From: the human T2T-CHM13v2.0 reference genome, Homo sapiens | Assembly (NCBI RefSeq): GCF_009914755.1 | Contig: NC_060938.1 | Strand: one strand, 5' to 3' | DNA: 64,000 nt | Part shown: piece after piece, positions 55,196 through 64,000 of the stretch | Layout: the number at the start of each line of letters is the position of its first letter | Numbering within the stretch: position 1 is the first letter of the stretch | Made by a program: the position numbers and the translations under genes | The notes under the pieces: model-generated | The model's database searches: none | Told to the model about the DNA's origin: nothing | Seen by the model: the letters and a program-made list of their open reading frames with translations, nothing else

Positions 55196-58100
55196 CCGAT
55201 CCACTCGGGTTGATTAAATAGCATTATATTCCATTCCATTCCATTCCATTCCATTCCATTCCATTCCATTCCATTCCATACCATTCCATTCCATTAAACT
55301 CGGTTTAAATGAATTCCAGTCTATTCCATTCCAATCAATTCCATTCCATTCCATTCCACTCGGGTTAGTTGCATTTCATTCCATTCCATTCCATTCCATT
55401 CCACTCGGGTTGATTCAATTCCATTCTATTCCATTCCATTCAATTACATTCCATTCCTTTCCATTCCATTCCATACCATTCCATCACATTCCACTCGGTG
55501 TTCATTCAAATCCATGCTATTCCATTCCATTCCATTACATTACATTCCACTCGAGTTGATTCAATTCCATTCTATTCCCTTCCATTCCATTCCACTCCAT
55601 TCCCTTCCATTCCATTCCACTCAGGTTAGTTTAATTCAATTCTATTCCGTTCCATTGCATTCCATTCCTTTACAATCGGGTTGATTCAATTCCACTCCCT
55701 TGTATTTCACTACGTTCCATTCCATTCCATTCAATTCCATTGATTCCATTCGTGTTGATTCCATTCCATTACATTCCATTACATTCCTTTCCTTTCCATA
55801 CCTTTCCATTCCGTTCCACTGCACTCCATTCCATTCCATTCCGTTAAATTCCATTCCCTTCCATTCCACAAGGGAGTTGATTTAATTCCATTCTATTCCA
55901 TTCTATTACATTGTATTCCATTCCATTCCATTCCATTCCGTTCTATTCCTCTCCATTCCATTCCTTTCCATTCCATTCCATTCCATTCCATACCACGTGG
56001 TTTGATTCAATTCCATTCTATTCCATTGCATTCCATTCCATTTCATTCCCTTCAATTCCACTCGGGTTGAGTCAATTCCGTTCTATTCTACTCCATTCCA
56101 TTCCTTTCAATTCCATTCCACTTGGGTTGATTCACTTCCTTTCTATTCCACTCCATTCCATTAAATTCGATTCCATTCCATTTGATTCCCCTCCATTCCA
56201 TTCCATTCCACAGGGGTTGATTCAATTCCTATCTGTTCCATTCCAGTCCTTTCCATTCCATTCCATTCCATTCCATTCTATTCCACTCCATTCATTTCCT
56301 TTCCATTCCATTCCGTTCCATTCCATCCCATCCCATTCTGTTCCACTCGGGGTTGATTCAAATCCATTCTATTCCATTCCATTCTATTCCATTCCATTCC
56401 ATTCTACTCGGGTATATTCAATTGCATTCTGTTGTATTCCATTCATTTCCATTCCATTCCATTCCATTCCATTCCATTCCATTCCATTCCACTCATGTTA
56501 ATGCAATTCATTTCTATTCCATTCCATTCCATTACATTACATTCTACTCCATTCCATTCGGTTTGATTCTATTCCATTCTATTCAATTACATTCCTTTCC
56601 TTTCCATACCATTCCATTCCATTGCATTCCACTTGGGTTTATTCAGTTGCATTCTATGCCATTCCATTCCATTCCATTCCATTCCGTTCCATTCCATTCC
56701 ATTCCATTCCACTGGGGTTGATTCCATTCAATTCTATTCCATTCCATTCCATTCCAATCGAGCAGTTTCAATTCCGTTCTATACCACTCCATTCCATTTC
56801 ATTCAATTAATTTCATTCCATTCCATTCTATTCCACTCTGGGTGACTCAATTCCACTATATTCTATTCCATTCCATTCCATTCCATTCCATTCGACTCGG
56901 GTTGATTAAATACCATTATATTCCATTCGATTCCATTCCATTCCATTCCATTCCATTCCATTCCATTCCATTTCATTCCATACCATTCCATTCCATTCCA
57001 TACCATTCCATTCCATTCCACTCGGTTTAAATGAATTCCAGTGTATTCCATTCCATTCCATTCCATTCCATGCCATTCCATCCCATTCCACTCGGGTTGA
57101 TTGAATTCCATTCTAATACATTCCATTCCATTCCATTCCATTCCATTCCGCTCGTGTTCATTCAATTCCATTCTATTCCATTCCATTCCATTCCATTCCA
57201 TTCCTTTCCATTCCATTCGGGTTGATTCAATTCCATTCTATACCATTCCATTCCATTCCATTCCATTCCATTCCATTCCATTACGTTCAATTCCGCTCAA
57301 GTTTATTCAGTTCCATTCTATTCCATTCCATTCCATTCCATTCTACTCTGGTGGGTTGCATTACTTTCCTTTCCATTCGATTCCATTCCATTCCATTCCA
57401 TTCCATTCTATTCCATTCCATTCCATTCCATTCCATTCTACTCTGGTGGTTTCCATTACTTCCCTTTCCATTCGATTCCATTCCGTTCCATCCCATTCCA
57501 TTCCATTCCATTCCACTGAATTCCCTTCCTTTCCATTCCATTCCATTTAATTCCACTCGGGATGATTCATTTCCATTGAATTCCATTCCATTCCATTCCT
57601 TTCCCCTCGGGTTGATTCCATTCCATTCTACTCCATTCCATTCCATTCCATTCCATTCCATTCCATTCCATTCCATTCCGTTCCATTCCATTCCATTCCA
57701 TTACACACGGGTTGATTCAATTCCATTCTATTCCATTACATTCCATTTAACTCCATTCCATTCCATACCATTCCATCCCATTCCATTCCATTCCGCTCGG
57801 ATTGATACAATTCCATTCTAATCCATTCCATTCCATTCCATTCCATTCCATTGCATTCCATTCCATTCCGCTCGTGTTCATTCAATTCCATTCTATTCCA
57901 TTCCATTCCATTCCACTCGGGTTGTTTCCATTCCATTCCATTCCATTCCATTCCATTCCATTCCTTTCCATTCCACACAGGTTAATTCAATTCAATTCTA
58001 TTGCATTCGATTCCATTCTATTGCCTTTCATTCTATTCCACTCGGGTTGATTCAATTCCATTCTATTGCATTTCACTACATTGCATTCCATTCCATTCCA

Positions 58101-61100
58101 TTCCCCCCCATAGCATTCTATTCCACTGCATTCCATTCGGTTTGATTCCATTCCATTCCTTTCCATTCCATTCCATTCAATTCCATTCCATCCCTTTGCT
58201 TTCCATTCCATTCAATTCCATTCCACTCGGGTTGATTCAATTCCATTGTATTGAATTCCATTCCATTCCATTCCATTACATTCCATGCCATGCCATTCCA
58301 TTCCATTGCAATCCACTCGGGTTGATTCAGTTCCATTCTATTAAATTCCATGCCATTCCATTCCATTCCACTCGGATTGATTCAATTCCATTCTAATCCA
58401 TTCCATTCCATTCCATTCCATTTCATTCCATTCCGTTCCATTCCACTCGTGTTCATTCAATTCCATTCTATTCCTTTCCATTCCATTCCATTCCATTCCA
58501 TTTCATTCCATTCGGGTTGATTCAATTCCATTCTATTCCATTCTATTCGGGTAGATTCCATTACTTTCCTTTCCATTCGATTCGATTCGATTCGATTCCA
58601 TTCCATTCCATTCCATTCCATTCCTTTCCATTCCATTCCATTCCACTCGGGTTGATCCCATTCATTTCTATTCCATTCCATTCAATTCCATTCCATTCCA
58701 TTCCATTCCAATCAAGTAGTTTCAAATCCATTCTATACCACTCCATTCCATTTCATTCAATTCCATTCAATTCCATTCCATTCCATTCCATTCCATTCCA
58801 TTCCACTCCATTCCACTCATGTTAATGCAATTCATTTCTATTCCATTCCATTACATTACATTACATTCCACTCCATTCCATTCGGTTTGATTCCATTCCA
58901 TTCTATTCAATTACATTCCTTTCCTTTCCATACCATTCTATTCCATTGCATTCCACTTGGGTTTATTCAGTTGCATTCTATGCCATTCCATTCCATTCCA
59001 TTCCATTCCGTTCCATTCCATTCCATTCCGTTCCACTGGGGTTGATTCCATTCAATTCTATTCCATTCCATTCCATTCCAATCGGGTAGTTTCAATTACG
59101 TTCTATACCACTCCATTCCATTTCATTCAATTAATTTCATTCCATTCCATTCTATTCCACTCTGGGTGACTCATTTCCACTATATTCTATTCCATTCCAT
59201 TCATTTCCATTCCTCTCAGGTTGATTGGATTCTGTTGTTTTCCATTCCATTCCATTCCATTCCATTCGACTTGGGTTGATTAAATACCATTATATTCCAT
59301 TCGATTCGATTCCATTCCATTCCATTCCATTCCATTCCATTCCATTTCATTCCATACCATTCCATTCCATTCCATACCATTCCATTCCATTCCACTCGGT
59401 TTAAATGAATTCCAGTCTATTCCATTCCATTCCATTCCATTCCATTCCACTCGGTTTAAATGAATTCCAGTCTATTCCATTCCATTCCATTCCATTCCAT
59501 GCCATTCCATCCCATTCCACTCGGGTTGATTCAATTCCATTCTAATACATTCCATTCCATTCCATTCCATTCCATTCCGCTCGTGTTCATTCAATTCCAT
59601 TCCATTCCATTCCATTCCATTCCATTCCTTTCCATTCCATTCGGGTTGATTCAATTCCATTCTATACCATTCCATTCCATTCCATTCCATTCCATTACGT
59701 TTAATTCTGCTCGAGTTTATTCAGTTCCATTCTATTCCATTCCATTCCATTCCATTCAACTCTGGTGGGTTCCATTTCTTTCCTTTCCATTTGATTCCAT
59801 TCCATTCCATTCCATTCCATTCCATTCTATTCCATTCCATTCCATTCCATTCCATTCTACTCTGGTGGTTTCCATTACTTCCCTTTCCATTCGATTCGAT
59901 TCCATTCCATTCGATTCGATTCCATTCCATTCCATTCCATTCCATTCCATTCCGCTCGTGTTCATTCAATTCCATTCTATTCCATTCCATTCCATGCCAT
60001 TCCATTCCATTCCATTCCATTCCATTCCATTCCATTCCATTTCATTCCATTCGGGTTGATTCAATTCCATTCTATGCCATTCCATTCCATTCCATTCCAT
60101 TCCGCTCGGGTTGATTCAATTCCATTCTATTCCATTCCATTCCATTCTATTCGGGTAGATTCCATTACTTTCCTTTCCATTCGATTCGATTCCATTCCAT
60201 TCCATTCCATTCCACTCCATTCCCTTCCTTTCCATTCCATTCCAATGAATTCCACTCGGGTTGATTCATTTCCATTCAATTCCATTCCATTCCATTCAGT
60301 TCCTTTCCACTCCGGTTGATTCAATTCCATTCTATTCCATTGCATTCCATTCCATTCCAATCCATTCCATTCCACACGCGTTGTTTTGATTCCGTTCTAT
60401 CCCATTGCATTCCATTTAACTCCATTGCATTCCATTCCATTCCATTCCATTCCATTCCTTTCCATTCCATTCCACTCGGGTTGATCCCATTCATTTCTAA
60501 TCCATTCCATTCCATTCCATTCCATTCCATTCCATTCCATTCCAATCAAGTAGTTTCAAATCCATTCTATACCACTCCATTCCATTTCATTCAATTCCAT
60601 TCCATTCCATTCCATTCCATTCCATTCTATTCCACTCCGGTTTACTCAATTTCATTATATTCTATTCCATTCCATTCAATTCAATTCCATTCCTCTCGGG
60701 TGGATTCTATTCCATTCTGTTCCATTCCATTCCATTCCGATCCACTCGGGTTGATTAAATACCATTATATTCCACTCCATTCCATTCCATTCCATTCTAT
60801 TCCATTCCATTCCATTCCGATTCACTCAGGTTGATTAAATACCATTTTATTCCATTAAATTCCATTCCATTCCATTCCATTCCATTCCATACCATTCCAT
60901 TCCATTAAACTCCGTTTAAATGAATTCCAGTCTCTTCCATTCCATTCCATTCCATTCCACTCGGGTTAGTTCCATTTCATTCCATTCCATTACCTTCCAT
61001 TCCATTATATTCCATTCCACTCGGCTTGATTCAATTCCTTTCTATTCCGTTCCATTCAGTTACATTCCATTCCATTGCATTCCATACCTTTGCATACCTT

Positions 61101-64000
61101 TCGACTCGGTGTTGATTCATATTCATTCCATTCCATTCCCTTCCATTCCATTCCATTCCATTCCACTTGGCTTGATTCAATTCCATTCTATTCCATTACA
61201 TTCCATTCCATTCCACTCCATTCCTTTCCATTCCATTCCACTCAGGTTAATTCAATTCTATTCTATTCCATTCCATTCCATTCCATTCCGTTCAATTCCA
61301 CTCGGTTTGATTCAATTCCATTCTATTCCATTCCATTCTACTCGGGTCGATTCCATAACTTTCCTTTCCATTCGATTCCATTCCATTCCCTTCCTTTCCA
61401 TTCCATTCCATTTAATTCCACTCGGGTTGATTCATTACCATTTAATTCCATTCCATTACATTCCTTTCCACTCGGGTTGATTCAGTTCCATTCTATTCCA
61501 TTCCTCTCCATTCCATTCTATTCCATTACACAGTGGTTGATTCAATTCCATTCTATTCCATTGCATTCCATTTAACTCCATTCCATTCCATTCCATTCCA
61601 TTCCATGCCATTCCATTCCATTCTACTCGGGTTGATTCCATTCCATTCCATTCCATTCCATTCCCTTCCATTCCATTCCGCTCGTGTTCATTCAATTCCA
61701 TTCTATTCCATTCCATTCCATTCCATTCCTTTCCATTCCATTCCATTCCATTCCATTCGGGTTGATTCAATTCCATTCTATGCCATTCCATTCCATTCCT
61801 TTCCATTCCTTTCCATTCAATTCCATTGCGTTCCATTCAGCTCAGGTTGAATCAATTCCATTCTATTCCATTCCATTCCATTCCATTCTACTCGGGTGGA
61901 TTCCATTACTTTCATTTCCATTCGATTCCATTCCATTCCATTCCACTCCATTCCCTTCTTTACGTTCCATTCCAATGAAACCCACTCGGGTTGATTCCAT
62001 TCCATTCCATTCCATTCCATTCCATTCCATTCCATTCCATTCCTTTCCACTCGGGTTGATTCAATTCCATTCTATTCCATTCCATTCCATTCCATTTCAA
62101 TCGATTGCATTCCACACGGGTTGATTCAATTCCGTTCTATTCCATTGCATTCCATTTACCTCCATTATATTCCATTCCATTCCATTCCATTCCATTCCAC
62201 TAGGGTTGATTCCATTCATTTCTATTCCATTCCATTCCATTCCATTCCATTCCATTCCATTCCATTCCACTCCGGTTGACTCAATTCCATTATATTGAAT
62301 TCCATTCCATTCCATTCCATTCCATTCCATTCCATTCAATTCCTCTCGGGTTGAGTCGATTCCATTCTGTTCCATTCTATTCCATTCCATTCCATTCCGA
62401 TCCACTTGGGTTGATTAAATACCAATATATTCCATTCCATTCCATTCCATTCCATTGCATTCCATTCCATTCCGTTCCATAACATTCCATTAAACTCGGT
62501 TTAAATGAATTCCAGTCTATTCCATTCCAATCAATTCCATTCCATTCCATTCCACTCGGGTTAGTTGCATTTCATTCCATTCCATTCCATTCCATTCCAT
62601 TTTATTCCATTCCACTCGGGTTGATTCAATTCCATTCTATTCCATTCCATTCAATTCCATTCCATTCCATTCCATTCCATACCATTCCATCCCATTCCAC
62701 TCGGTGTTGATTCAAATCCATGCTATTCCATTCCATTCCATTCCATTACATTCCACTCGAGTTGATTCAATTCCATTCTATTCCCTTTCATTCCATTCCA
62801 CTCCATTCCCTTCCATTCCATTCCACTCAGGTTAATTTAATTCAATTCTATTCCGTTCCATTCCATTCCATTCCTTTACACTCGGGTTGATTCAATTCCA
62901 CTCCCTTGCATTTCACTACGTTCCATTTCATTCCATTCAATTCCATTGATTCCATTCGTGTTGATTCCATTCCATTACATTCCATTACATTCCTTTCCTT
63001 TCCATTCCCTTCCATTCCATTCCACTGCACTCCATTCCATTCCATTCCGTTAAATTCCATTCCCTTCCATTCCACAAGGGAGTTGATTTAATTCCATTCT
63101 ATTCCATTCTATTCCATTGTATTCCATTCCATTCCATTCCATTCCGTTCTATTCCACTCCATTCCATTCCTTTCCATTCCATTCCATTCCATTCCATACC
63201 ACGTGGGTTGATTCAATTCCATTCTATTCCATTGCATTCCATTGCATTCCATTCCATTCCATTTCATTCCCTTCCATTCCACTCAGGTTGATTCAATTCC
63301 GTTCTATTCTACTCCATTCCATTCCTTTCAATTCCATTCCACTTGGGTTGATTCAATTCCTTTCTATTCCACTCCATACCATTAAATTCGATTCCATTCC
63401 ATTCCATTCCCCTCCATTCCATTCCATTCCACAGGGGTTGATTCAATTCCTATCTGTTCCATTCCAGTCCTTTCCATTCAATTCCATTCCATTCCATTCC
63501 ATTCCACTCCATTCATTTCCTTTCCATTCCATTCCATTCCATTCCATCCCATCCCATTCTGTTCCACTCGGGGTTGATTCAAATCCATTCTATTCCATTC
63601 CATTCTATTCCATTCCATTCCATTCAACTCGGGTATACTCAATTGCATTCTGTTGTATTCCATTCCATTCCATTCCATTCCATTCCATTCCATTCCATTC
63701 CACTCCATTCTACTCATGTTAATGTAATTCATTTCTATTCCATTCCATTACATTACATTACATTCCACTCCATTCCATTCGGTTTGATTCCATTCCATTC
63801 TATTCAATTACATTCCTTTCCTTTCCATACCATTCCATTCCATTGCATTCCCCTTGGGTTTATTCAGTTGCATACTATTCCATTCCATTCCATTCCATTC
63901 CATTCCATTCCATTCCATTCCATTCCATTCCATTCCACTCTGGTTGATTCCATTCAATTCTATTCCATTCCATTCCATTCCAATCGAGCAGTTTCAATTC
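55196..64000 (+). repeat. 17.3-kb higher-order repeat, copy 3 (partial, runs off the window)
   Basis: Colinear with 37911-~46700 at offsets of about 17,285-17,295. Confidence 0.95.

Larger units (their letters stand above)
1..64000 (+). repeat. Satellite III (HSat3-type) pericentromeric array, (CATTC)n/(GGAAT)n with interspersed ACTCGGGTTG decamer
   Basis: Seen: CATTC pentamers dominate every line. They are interrupted by CCACTCGGGTTGATTCAATTCCATTCTATTCC and its variants, and G occurs mostly in these interruptions. Established: CATTC with interspersed CGGGT/ACTCGGGTTG is the hallmark of human satellite 3, whereas HSat2 is dominated by CATTCGATTC and CGATGAT-type units, which are minor or absent here. 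Chromosome, subfamily and species are not assignable by eye. Confidence 0.97.

Noticed and set aside
1-64000. CRISPR-like look: conserved ~30-bp core separated by variable stretches
   Set aside because: The intervening stretches are the same pentamer satellite rather than unique spacers. Their lengths vary in 5-bp steps, and there is no leader or cas gene.
1-64000. Assignment to DYZ1, D15Z1, HSat2 or a specific HSat3 subfamily or chromosome
   Set aside because: There is no regular 3.56-kb or 1.8-kb tandem period, and HSat2-type units are minor. A subfamily call needs k-mer classification or mapping, which I cannot run.
1-64000. Telomeric repeat, alpha satellite/CENP-B box, embedded transposon or strand inversion
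   Set aside because: I saw no TTAGGG arrays, 171-bp monomers, poly(A) tails, non-satellite islands or GGAAT runs on the + strand.

Overview
The whole 64 kb is one uninterrupted, single-orientation block of satellite III-type DNA (human HSat3 or a great-ape orthologue). It is (CATTC)n on the + strand and (GGAAT)n on the - strand, interrupted every few tens of bases by the classical ACTCGGGTTG decamer or a point variant of it. I see no credible protein-coding gene, RNA gene, transposon or CRISPR array; every ORF in the track is a (HSIPF)n or (MEWNG)n by-product of the 5-bp period. The information lies in the repeat architecture. (i) From about 20,541 to the end there is a near-identical ~17.3-kb higher-order repeat, about 2.5 copies (17,370 bp, 17,285 bp and a partial third). 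(ii) Each copy has three related subunits of ~7.2, ~5.46 and ~4.64 kb. (iii) These carry traces of an older ~1.6-1.9-kb period. (iv) The first ~20.5 kb is a less ordered mosaic of the same modules, with local 0.63-, 1.03- and 2.76-kb tandem duplications, and joins the ordered array through a truncated 1.37-kb unit. Length differences between copies are multiples of 5 bp. I found no evidence for a new gene-based biological system, and I cannot tell without a database search whether the 17.3-kb unit has been described. All coordinates and offsets were read by eye from landmark k-mers and the ORF track.
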